Assembly: GCF_009914755.1 (NCBI RefSeq)
Contig: NC_060937.1
Origin: the human T2T-CHM13v2.0 reference genome, Homo sapiens
DNA: 64,000 nt
Direction: 5' to 3' (one strand)
Of this stretch, positions 15,103 to 29,170 are shown in pieces. Numbering within the stretch: position 1 is the first letter of the stretch; each line of letters starts with the position of its first letter. The notes under the pieces were generated by a model. It did no database searches. It saw only the letters and a list, made by a program, of their open reading frames with translations, and had not been told where the DNA came from. The translations under genes were made by a program, and so were the position numbers.

Positions 15103-15523
15103 TAAAAATAAATTTTATTGTGTATATTTGAAGTTTACAACATGATATTGGGTTCATATACATAGTAAAATAGTTACAATAGTGAAGCAGATTAATATAT
15201 CTATCATCACATAGTTACTTTTTTTGTTACAAGAGCAGCTAAAATCTTATTTAACAAAAATTTCTAATGCAATATGATTTTATTAACTTTAGTCTTCTAC
15301 TTGTTTTTCCTATACATCTGCTATTTTGTGTCCTTTGACCTACATCACATCACATCCCTGCTAACCTCTGTTTCGTTCTCTGTGTATTTGAGCTTTTCCA
15401 TGTATCAGTGATATTATACAATATTTTTCTTTCTGTGTCTGGCTTATTTCACTTAGTATAATGTCCTTCAGGTTCATCCATGTAGCAAATGTTAGGATCT
15501 CCCTTTTTTAAAGCTGAATAATA

Positions 15524-15559
<36 letters not shown>

Positions 15560-15577
15560 TATATCTATGCCACCTTT

Positions 15578-16064
<487 letters not shown>

Positions 16065-16304
16065 TAAAGTGCAGATATCTTTACAAGGTAGAGATTCATC
16101 TCCTTTACAAGGTGATTGTCTCCTTTGGATATGAATTGCTGGGTCATATGGTAGTCTATTGTTAATTTCTTTAGAAATCTCCATACTGTTTTTCATAATG
16201 GCTGTACCAATCTGCATTCCCACCAACAGTGCACTTGGGTTCCCTTTTCTCCACACCCTCACCATTATTTATTATCTCTTTTTGATAATTACCATCAATG
16301 ATAG

Positions 16305-16610
<306 letters not shown>

Positions 16611-17140
16611 AGTGATAGTGTTTTGAATGTGTTCTTTGTGATAGTGCGGTCCAGCCAGTAAATCATAGGCAAAGAGGCTATAAATTTTATTTCTCTCTGA
16701 TATTTATGTCTCTTGGCCTTATTTTTTTTAATTTTTTGATCTACCATAATTTCTTTTTTTCCTTTAGTTGCTTTGTATCATTTTAGGAATTTTTCCTACA
16801 CATTACATCTTGAAATTATCAAATCTTATTTTGCTTTGTCATCAGGAACATTAACAACAGACTAAGCTGTAGAACTGTAAACTTTTCAGCATAAGACCTT
16901 AACATACTGAACCTTTCCAGTTTTTTATCAATCGAACTTACATGAATAATGTCCATTTATTCTGATAGTGTTACTTAAAATGTAATTTAGAAGCACAATA
17001 ATAAAATTCATATTTTGAGCACAGATACATTTGTTGTTAGAAGCAGTCTATTATTTTTTTCTTCCATAGGCAAGAGATAAAAGAAGCAGTTTCTTAACTA
17101 CTTGTAGGTTTTCTATAGACATCGTTTGTTTCTTTTATTG

Positions 17141-17335
17141 CAGGGGATCAGGAAAATGTTTCTGTAAAGGACTAGATAGTAAATATTTTCAGCTTTGCAG
17201 GCCTTTAAGTGTCTGTTGCAACTATTTGACTTTGCCTTGTAAACAGCCATAGACAATACATAATGAAATTTTACTTATGAAAAGAGGCAGTGGGCCAGAT
17301 TTGGCCTGTAGGCTGTCATTTGCTGACCCCGCTCT
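17141..17335. mobile_element. MER58-like hAT-Charlie MITE
   Basis: caggggatcagg...tctgtaaagg...gtaaatattttcagctttgcaggcc...gggccagatttggcc...tttgctgacccc. A related fragment lies at about 54300-54445. Confidence 0.75.
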
Positions 17336-18308
17336 ATTGGAAGCAGAAAGTTATGGAAAAACTATAAACAAAACAATAAAATCATCTTTCTCCTCCCCAC
17401 CTCACCGATTTTTTAACCTTTTTGCTATTTTTTACTCTTTCTTACTATTAGGAAACTGAGATACAGAGACATTAAATAATTTGCTAAAGTCACACAGCTA
17501 ATAACAGCTGAGCCAGGACGTGGGCCCAGGCAGTCAGCTATAGAGCCTACATTTTTGATGCTTATTATTATACCCTATTGCTTTTACAACCAGTTATTAT
17601 AGATAATGGTTAGTGTCAGTTACAGATTATATAATGTGAATTTTATAAATATGCTATGATTTTCCAAAAGGAAAAATATTTTTGCCAATGATAAACAATA
17701 TAGAAACGTAACAATTAGCAAGTAAAAGTTCTCCAGTAATCTCTTGGCCCAAAGATAACCTCTATTAAGTTTTTGCATACCCTTTCAGACTTTCCAATGT
17801 GTATATACATATTTTAAAAACATAAATGGGAATTGTTATTAATATAAACTGACCTATAACCACACTTAGTTGTGGACAAAGTTCTAAATCAGAATATGTA
17901 AATCTATTATGCTTTATAGTATTCTATTACGATATGCCATAATATATTTTAACCAAATCTCCATTGATGTCTTAGACCAATCTCCTACAAAGGAAATTGC
18001 TTATTGGAGTGTATGAGAATTTAAAATGTTAATACATATTGCCATATGCCCTGTAACGTGATCGTACAAATACATACTTTTAATAACAGCATAGGAGAAT
18101 GCCTTTTTCCCCGTACCTTCACCTTCACTGGCTACTGCTATTCATTTTTCAATCTTTTGTCAGTCTGGTAGGTGATAAATTAATTCTTTTATTTTAAACC
18201 CTTTCTTTCATAATAATATTTTTTATCATTTGCATTTTTTCTTTTACAGACTGAGTTTTTTAATATGTTATTTTCCACAAATACACTGTTGACTTTTTTT
18301 TTTAATAG

Positions 18309-18465
18309 TATGAAGTATTCAGAACAGAAGAGGAAGAAAAAATAAAATCTCAGGGACAAGATGTTACATCATCAGTATATTTCATGAAGCAAACAATCAG
18401 CAATGCCTGTGGAACAATTGGACTGATTCATGCTATTGCAAACAATAAAGACAAGATGCACTTTG
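18309..18465 (+). CDS. UCHL3: UCHL3 exon 4 ([11 protein letters not shown]...[25 protein letters not shown]), contains Q89 and catalytic C95
   Basis: tttaatag acceptor; 157 nt; UCH motif QTISNACGT; donor TTG|gtaaat. Confidence 0.98.
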
Positions 18466-18840
18466 GTAAATGATTTTTCATTACTGCATTTTTTCCCCCT
18501 TAAGATACAAGTTAATTGCATTGAGCAGTAGGTGGTGCTCTAATTCTTTCTTCAAACTATAAAATAAAGCATTCCCTGCTTCCTTGATGATGGGAATGTA
18601 TATACTGTTAGAAGAAATATTAATCCTTCTCATTCTTTTATATTGTTGACTAATAGGGGTTAAACAAATGGACAAATATTAATAATGTAAGGCTTATCAT
18701 TTATAACATGATCCTTACATTTCTAACCTACCAATGAAAGAATTTAACCTGAAAAATAGTAGCATACTTCTAGTATTTTCATATATTGGTCTCTCTGCTG
18801 TATCAAGCCTTTTTAATTTTATCTTCTTTCATATTCTCAG

Positions 18841-18926
18841 AATCTGGATCAACCTTGAAAAAATTCCTGGAGGAATCTGTGTCAATGAGCCCTGAAGAAC
18901 GAGCCAGATACCTGGAGAACTATGAT
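18841..18926 (+). CDS. UCHL3: UCHL3 exon 5 ([13 protein letters not shown]...RYLENYD)
   Basis: ttctcag acceptor; 86 nt; donor GAT|gtcggt restores phase 0. Confidence 0.96.
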
Positions 18927-19138
18927 GTCGGTACCTTCTTTCCGTTTTGATCTCATGTGGGCAAAAGTTTGTGGGATTGTAGATGTGTTTGGGGGTTTTG
19001 TCTTGAAACCATAGTTTTGAGCAATTATGGATTTTATTGTATCCATTAAGAAAAGCCTTTTGTACTTTTCAGATAACTTTGAAATATCCACAAATGCTGA
19101 TAAGTTGCCATTTCTTTTCTATGTTCAGAGCTGACTGA

Positions 19139-19462
<324 letters not shown>

Positions 19463-21073
19463 TGATTTACAAATTAATAAAATATCTTATGATTGACTAT
19501 TCCTTACTATTCCCTCCCTAAAATAAATAAATATATACCTGCCAGTACCCTGTGTATCTTTTATTGGGAATTTGGAACCAGGCTGAAGATGAAAGGAGAA
19601 AGCAAAGGTTTAAAGGTAGACATTAGACCATACTGTAGCTATTTCATCAGTGTAATAAAGGCCACATAAACTAGGCTATATATATAATATAGGTTATATT
19701 TAATTCAGATGATAGTGATTTTACCACTTCATATAACTGTTCTGAAATGGTTTTTAAAATTTATTGCTTTTGGAATCAATTTTTCTTTTGAAATCTTTTG
19801 ACCTTTTAATAACATTATTAAATAGATTGTAAGTTCTTTGAAATTAGGCGTATAATCTACAAATTATTTGGTTAGAACAATGCCTTATGTAGAATTTGTG
19901 CCTGATAAATTAATTGGTTTGATTATGTTGTTATGCATTCCAATATACTTTGAGAATTTTAAATTGTTTTTTTCTTTAAAAAAAAACTGGAGACTTCATA
20001 AAACATCTTTATTATACATAAAAATAAACATGAAAATCAGTACTCTTACTAATGAGAGGTAGATAAACATTAATATTTTTTAGGGAGTGTATATATATAT
20101 ACACAATTTTTTAAACAAGAATTTGATCATACTGTAATACTGTTTTATAACTTGCTTTTTTCACTTATCAGAAACGTATTACATACCAGTAAGTATATAT
20201 TTGATATTATTTAATGGCTGCATAGCTTTCCATTATGTAGTATTGTATTTCACCAATAAATTATTGTTAGAAATTTAATAGTTTTTCTTCTTTTTCACTA
20301 TTTTAATAAATACTGCAAGGTACATCATTGTAGCTAAATCTTTGTAAATATCCTTAATTATATATAATTATGTACAATTATATGTAAATATATAAACTCC
20401 TAGAAGAGAAGTTGCTGGATAAAATAGTTTGCATGTTTTTAAGGCTTGGATATTTATTTATTGCCAAATTGCTATTTATAAAGATTGTACTTTCACCTGT
20501 AATTTACTATTGTGCCCATTTCTCTGGATGTTTGCAAATAGTGGGTACTATAAGAGTGGTTTTTTTTTAGTTCAGGAAACTAAATTCTGTAGCTTCTGAT
20601 AAATGCATGAGTTGTGCTCCACATTTCTCAATTGCTGACTGAAACTGCATGATTAAACATAAATACAGCCAGAGCTGCAGAGGAGCATGGAACCTGGAGA
20701 AACAGATGAGATAAGCTTCTTTAGTCTCTATCTGTGAAATGCTTACTTTATTCTAGTCTCAATTGAATAAAGTGTTAAGTGTTAGTTCTAACAACTGAAT
20801 AAGTTAAATGGCCCCTACTTAGAGCCTGGAAATTACAAATAATCAGATATTCAATTTCCTAAGTTTTCAGAGATTTACGGGTTACACAGTACAGCAATTC
20901 ATTTGATTACCCAGATATCATTCTTAAATATCTAGTACTAAGCTTTTCTTAAATTTCCTTCAATTTGTTGTTTCTTTAGAAGACTTTAGGTGTTAAAATT
21001 TAGCTTTGTTGTCTTCATTTAAAAAGTTGAGTATAGGCATTTTTTCCAATGAATACCTTTATTCTTATTACAG

Positions 21074-21121
21074 GCCATCCGAGTTACTCATGAGACCAGT
21101 GCCCATGAAGGTCAGACTGAG
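21074..21121 (+). CDS. UCHL3: UCHL3 exon 6 (AIRVTHETSAHEGQTE), first half of the crossover loop
   Basis: ttattacag acceptor; 48 nt; donor GAG|gtattt. Confidence 0.97.
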
Positions 21122-21852
21122 GTATTTCACATTTTTTCTAAATTTTTCTTGCTATAAATTTAACCATATAAATTTCTTGCTGTAAATTTAACCATAGTAT
21201 TATTGTAGGACATAAAGTTTTAGAAAGTTACTTGGCTTTTTGTTTTTTCCTTTGAGAGAATTTGCTTAAGCAAAAGCAGTCATAAAGTAGCAAAAGGACA
21301 TGTTTTGACAAGCTGTTAAGATGCTGCTGTCTGCTGTTTCAGTTCATCTAATCATTTAGAGATAATGCAGATTGTGTGCTGTTTGTGCGGCTTGGTGGCC
21401 TGTGTCTTCCCTATCAGATTCCTGTGAGGTCCAACTATTTTGAGAAAAATACCTGCACTGTTGTACAGTTAAATAGCCTGTGTCTTTATTGTGTCCTGCT
21501 TCCAGCAGAAAACCACATCATTTTCTTTGCTCAATAAATTTGTTTCAGGGTAATGTAATGATCTTTACCATCTTTACCCTGTTAGCTAGTTCAGCTGGGT
21601 TGCTTTTCCTTTCCTTCTCTTGCCTCTTTTTTCATTTTTTGGTTTCTTCATTTTTCCTTCCATCTTTTCTTTCTTTCTTTCCTTCCCCCCAGCCCTGACT
21701 GTATCACTCTGAGAGGAAGTTTGTCAGAAGGTATTTTAGTCAAAAAGAATTTAACTAAAGCTGTTTGGTATGTTTATATCACATTTAAGGGTTAATACCA
21801 GAGAATTAGAGGTTTTCTTCTTTCTTATCCCATATGTGACTTGAAACCACAC

Positions 21853-22149
21853 TTTTTTTTGTTTTTTTTGAGACAGAGTCTTGCTCAGTTGCCCAGGCTG
21901 GAGTGCAGTGGCTGATCTTGGCTTACTGCAAGCTCCGCCTCCCGGGTCACTCCATTCTCCTGCCTCAGCCTCCCGAGTCGCTGGAACTACAGGCGCCCGC
22001 CACCATGCCTGGCTAATTTTTTTGTATTTTTAGTAGAGACGGGGTTTCCCCGTGTTAGCCAGGATGGTCTCGATCTCCTGACCTTGTGATCCGCCTGTCT
22101 CAGCCTCCCATAGTGCTGGGATTACAGGCGTGAGCCACCTCGCCCAGCC
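21853..22149 (-). mobile_element. AluY
   Basis: TSD GAAACCACACTTTT. Confidence 0.95.
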
Positions 22150-22238
22150 GAAACCACACTTTTTCATGTAAAAGATGACATTGCCTTTATACTTAAAAAA
22201 ACTTGAAAAGAATACTTGATTTAAAAATCATTGATTTT

Positions 22239-22530
22239 GGCTGAGCATGCTGACTCACACCTGTGCAGTCCCAGTGCTTTGGAAAGTTAAAGCAGAAGGA
22301 TCGCTTGAGGCCAGGAGTTTGAGACCATCCTGGGCAACATAGCAAGACTCTGTCTCTACAAAGAGTAATAAAAATTAGCTAGGTGTGGTGGTGCATGCAC
22401 CTGTAGCACTAGCTACTAGGGAGGCTGAGGCGGGAGGATTACTTGAGCTCAGGACTTCGAGGTTATAGTGACCTATGATTGCACCATTACACTCCAGCAT
22501 GGGGGACAGAGCAGGACCCTGTCTCTATAA
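22239..22530 (+). mobile_element. AluJ
   Basis: Diverged sense dimer. Confidence 0.9.
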
Positions 22531-23589
22531 AATATATATATATATTGGTTGCTCTAGGCGCTGCTTTCAAAGGTGTGGATTATTGTTTTTGACTAAGTTT
22601 ATCCATACACAGACACATAAGAGGCCCGTCTAAAAGTTTTTAACACCAGATTGGAAATTAATGAAATGCTGTTTTGTATTGCTTTATATGATCCTGAACA
22701 TATTCATAATCTTCACTATGCTTTGATTTTTTGTTTGCAAATTTATAGTGTTAAAATTGGTGATGATGAGGATCAGCGTAAGTTTATTGTTAAGATATGA
22801 AGACAGTTACTTGTAATAAAGCAATTAAATGCTTTAATACATATTCACTACAAAAAATATTTATTTTTGCCATACTTCTCTTGCCCCATTTTTGGAGTTT
22901 CATCCAAATTATGGATTTACATTTAAACTTCTTTTTAAATGATCTTCATGTCTCTTTTTTCAGACCTAACCGCCTTCATTCTTTCCAGTCTTGGATGCCT
23001 GTTAGACATCATCTGAATGACCTCACTGTATTTTAGAATGCATTTTTATTTGTTTGAGCTTATTATCTATGTCTTAAACTTTTTCTTCCCTTTATTGTTT
23101 CTGTTTCTTACAATAGTTCCACCATACTTTTTCCCACTGTAACTATCTAGGACAAATTCATTAACTTCTGGTTTAGAAGATCTGCTTTTTATGCAGATTC
23201 TCAGTTTTTATTCCAGTTCTCATTCATTTTCACACACTTCTGCTGGATTCCCTTTCCTGAAATGTACCTGAATCAGTTGGCTGCTAAAATTTTTCTAGGG
23301 GTTTCCTAGTGCGTAGAGCAGTGATTCTCAAGATGGAGTGCAGATAGAAGTTAGGATTTTCTGGAGGGCTTTTTTACACTGCTGTGTACTCCCATAAGAA
23401 TTAATCTTTTCTGCTCCTTTCCCATCTCCCACAGTTTAGAAACACTACTGGAGTGAGCAATATTTTTTATGTATATTATAACCCTAAAATGTGTTGGAGT
23501 GAAAAAAAAAATGTTTGAGAATGATTCCTCAAGCCTGTGCAGTCAGTTTCAGGCTCTTTAACCCAGCTGTATTCAAAGTTTTCCTAACC

Positions 23590-23695
23590 CTGTCTTGTCT
23601 TGTCTTGTCTTGTCTTGTCTTGTCTTGTCTTGTCTTGTCTTGTCTTGTCTTTACTTTTCCTTCCTTCCTTCCTTCCTTTCTTTCCTTCCTTTTCT
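23590..23695. repeat. (TCTTG)n pentanucleotide repeat followed by (CCTT)n
   Basis: About 12 TGTCT units read directly. Confidence 0.95.
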
Positions 23696-24606
23696 TTAAC
23701 TTGTCTTTCTAACTTTAATTATTTCTTTTTAGCCATCCCTTATTTCCTTATTTTATTATTTCTATTCTTCTTGCAGTACTCTCTTTCTGAAAATATTCTT
23801 TCCCTCAATCTCTTGCACTTCTTCTATCCATTCTTCAAGACTCAGCTTAGTACGATCTTCAGAATGAAGCAGTTCCTGATTATCAGAACTGGTTATATTT
23901 TATCATTTATATGAACTCTTTATATGACTACTCCAACTATTTGCATTTTAGCTATTTCATATTCTCTTTCATTTTTTAAGATGTACTTTTTTTCACATTT
24001 TAAAAACTCTAAAATTAGGATGTATCTTACAGTTGATGTCATAGTTTACTTGGCGTTATTCCCATCTTAGTGGTTCACAAAATGGTGTGTCATGGAACCA
24101 ATGGCGCCTTAGTGTGATGAAGTATGGTATCTTATCTCCCTTTCTGTGGCTCTTAGGCCTAGCATTGGCATCTGATTCATTTGTGCATGTTCCAAATTAT
24201 CCAATACTGTTCCTTACACATAAGTACAACATATGTGTATTAATTAACCAGAATTAGCTCAGAACTGTCCTTGGTAGTGTAAGAAATAAAAAAAAGTAGG
24301 GGGTTAGGGGTGGCAAATCTTAGTTTTCTGTAGTCCCCCGAGTAAACAAAACATATCCATTAGCCATTGTTTCCAAATAGGACAGCATTAACATTTTGGA
24401 AAGGGTTCAATTCTTTTTTGTGCGGGACTGTTTTGTGCACTCCAGGGTGGAATATACTGACCTCTAGTTGCCATATGTTAGTGTCTCCCAGTTGCTGAGA
24501 GAACAAAAATCTGTATGTTTCAAAATCCAGTTGCCATCTGGCTTTAAATCCCTGCTTCAGGGACTTTTAATATTTTTCTGATCATCTCATTTAAGATTCA
24601 TCTCCC

Positions 24607-24907
<301 letters not shown>

Positions 24908-25025
24908 ATTCATCTCTCATCTATGGGCTTAAGAGTGTTCGGTGTATTATTATCTCCATTGCTGTTTGTATTCCAGCCTACTGATTTTTTTGTCAGTTCC
25001 TACAAAATACATAGGTCTTTGCTGT

Positions 25026-25448
25026 CTGTATTAGTTTGCTTGGGCATTCATCACAAATTGTTACCAGGTGCCTTTAACAACAGAAATTTATTATTACACA
25101 GTTCTTGGGGCTGGAAATCCAACAGCAAAGTGTCAGCAGGGTTGGCTTCTACTGAGATGTCCCTTCCTGGCTTGTAGACTACCACCTTCTCACTGTAGCC
25201 TTACCTGGCCTGTCCTGTGTATTCATATGGAGGGGGTGTGGAGAGAGACGGGGAGAGAGAGATCAATTGATCTGATGTCTCTTCCTGTTCTTATAAGGAT
25301 ACCAGTCCTGTTGGATTAGTGCCCCATTCTTATAACCTTAGTTAACATTAACTACTTCCTTCAATGCCAAGTTTTCAAATATAGTCACGTTGAAGGTTAG
25401 GGCTTCAACGTATGAATTTGGCAGGGGGGACACAATTCAGTCCATAAC
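25026..25448. mobile_element. MLT1-type MaLR solo LTR
   Basis: tgtattagtttgct...aacaacagaaatttatt...cacagttct...gggacacaattcagtccataaca is typical MLT1 text. Confidence 0.8.
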
Positions 25449-25557
25449 ACCGTCTTTGTGCTTTCTAACAACCCAGTACACTTCCGGGTATACCGCTGCT
25501 CTTTGCAGAGTTGGAGACTTCTCATCTTTCAGGTCTCACCTTAAAAGTCACTTTTCA

Positions 25558-25853
<296 letters not shown>

Positions 25854-27293
25854 TCACTTTTCAGAGAAGCCTTCTTTCATCACTGTTAAGTAGGTCCTTC
25901 TGTATTTTTTTTTATGATAAAATCCTGTTTATTTTCTTCCTGGCACTTTAAAATAGTCAATAATAAGTTTTTTCTTCCTTGTGTATATTTGTTTATTCTG
26001 CTAACTAGAATGTAGGTCCCATGAGGAAATAGGCCTTGTTTGTCTTGTTCGCTTTGAATCCCCAAGACAAACTGGACATATATAGGCATGTATAAGAATT
26101 ACATAGTTTGAAGGTAAGAGCACAGGATATAGGTTTGTATACTGACTCCACTGCTTATTAGCTTAGGCAGGATACTTTCTTCAGCACAAAATAGAAATAA
26201 TGGCATTTACCTTATGGGATTGTTGTGAAGACTAATGAGTTAATTATATAAACTGCTTAGAATAGTACCTGGCATTTAATGGGCATTCAATAAATATTAG
26301 GCGGTAATTTTATTTTACTAGGCATCCAGTAAAATGAATCTGAATGGCAGAAGATGAGGCTGAAGTAATAGGGTGAAGCCATATCTGGGGGGCTTGGATT
26401 TTATAGATGGAGAACCACCAAAGATGGTACATTTACTTTTCAGCCTACTGAGTTTAAGGTGAGTTTTTTTGGGTCATATGTGTAGGAGTCTAGAGCTCAG
26501 GCGAGATATCTGGAGTCTTTGGTATTTGGGTAGTAGTTAGAACCCTGAGAATTCTACAGAGGGAGAATAGTGGTAGACCAACAATAAATCCTTGGGGCAT
26601 GTAGGTGTTGAAAGAGTGGGTAGAGGAAGAGGAGCCAATAATAATATAGTGTAATAACAAGTAGCATCATCACTGGCATCACTGGTACTCTCTATCAGAA
26701 CGTTTTCATGGGAATGGAGGAGGCAGGAGCCTTATTGCATGCTGAGATTTGTAGACTAAATGAAAAATCTGTAAGTTGAGTCACCAAAATACAGTAGTCT
26801 TTTTCAGAAGATTGGCCATAGCATACTGCTCTAGAGTAATTGTTTACCTACTTTTCTCCATCCCACCGTGATTGTCTGGTAGATCAGCTAATACAGAAAT
26901 CTGAACAGTAGCCCCATCTCACTTATGCTTCATTAACTTACACTGAAAGGTATTGCTTTCATCTTTCGCTTAAGATTAAAAACATAAAAGAAGAATGGGA
27001 TATGAGGAAACAATGAGGAAATTAAATTATTAGTGGCAGAGAGTGTTTTCTTTTTTTCCATTGATTTTCCACTTGCTACAACCACCATTTTGTACTTTAT
27101 TCTAGATAGAATAAAATAGTGTTATTAGAGTTGCTACAGAAGTTTGATATGTGTCATTTAATTCCAGTACCAGCCCTATGAGGTATTACCATTGTCCTCA
27201 TCCCCCTTCTATAGATGAGGCAATTGAGGCACAGAAGGTTTTAGTTACTTGCCCCAAGGTCACATATCTGCTAAGTGTAGAGCTGGAATTTGA

Positions 27294-27672
<379 letters not shown>

Positions 27673-27839
27673 AAACACTTTCAATAAAAGTTTGACAGCT
27701 AATTTTGTAGCAGTTCTGTTAAGACCAGTGTTTTATATTAGGCTTAATGTGACTATTTATATCCTAGCTTGGGATAGGAAACAGATTGTGTGAGAAATAG
27801 TAAATTGATAGCTTTTCAGTTACTCCTGAATTTTATTTC

Positions 27840-28275
<436 letters not shown>

Positions 28276-28518
28276 CTGAATTTTATTTCTTTAAAGTGGG
28301 TTCATGATTGAGTTTTGAAGCACTGTGTTACAAAAATTAATAATAGACATATAAAGCTAAGCTTTCAATTGACTAATGTGTTGGTTGTGTGTGTTATTGT
28401 AATGTGTAGCCCTAAACGAAATACGGTTGAATGTTCTACTAGAAAAATAGTTACTGATTTTAAAATTAATATAACCTGATATATACGTGCCCAGTTAAGA
28501 AATTTAAAAATGAATGTA

Positions 28519-29170
28519 TACAGTTGGCCCGCTGTAATGGTGGGTTCCTTACTTGTGGATTCAACCAACCACTTAATGAAAATATTTGAGGCTGGGCATG
28601 GTAGCTCATGCCAGTAATGCCAGCACTTTGGGAGGCCAAGAAGGGAGGATCGCTTGAGGCCAGGAGTTTGAGACCAGCCTGGGCAACATAGTGAGACCCT
28701 GTATGTACAAAAAAATTAGCCAGATGTGGTGGCATGCACCTGTAGTTCCAGCTACTCTGTAGTTGGGAGGCTGAGATAGGAGGATGGCTTCAGCTCAGGA
28801 GGTCAAGACTGCAGTGAGCTGTGATCATGCTGCTGCACTCCAGCCTGGGTGACAGAGACCTTGTCTCAGACAAAAAAGAGAAAAAATATTTGGAAAAAAA
28901 AGATGGTTGTGTCTGTACTGAATATATACAGACTTTTTTCTTGTCATTATTCTCTAAACAATATAGTATAACAACAATTTTTATAACATTTACATTGTAT
29001 TAGGTATTACAAGTAATCTAGAAATGATTTAAAGTATACAGGAGGAGGTACATAGGTTATATGCAAATACAACACTATTTTATATAAGGCTTGTGAGCAT
29101 CTGTGGATTTTGGTGTCTTCAGGGGGGTCCTGAAACCAATAGTCCGTGGATATCGAGGGATGACTGTGTA
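28519..29170. mobile_element. MER2-like Tigger MITE with nested AluJ (about 28590-28880, +)
   Basis: cagttggccc...gtggattcaaccaac...gatatcgagggatgactg; Alu TSD AAAATATTTG. Related copy at about 49090-49400. Confidence 0.75.
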
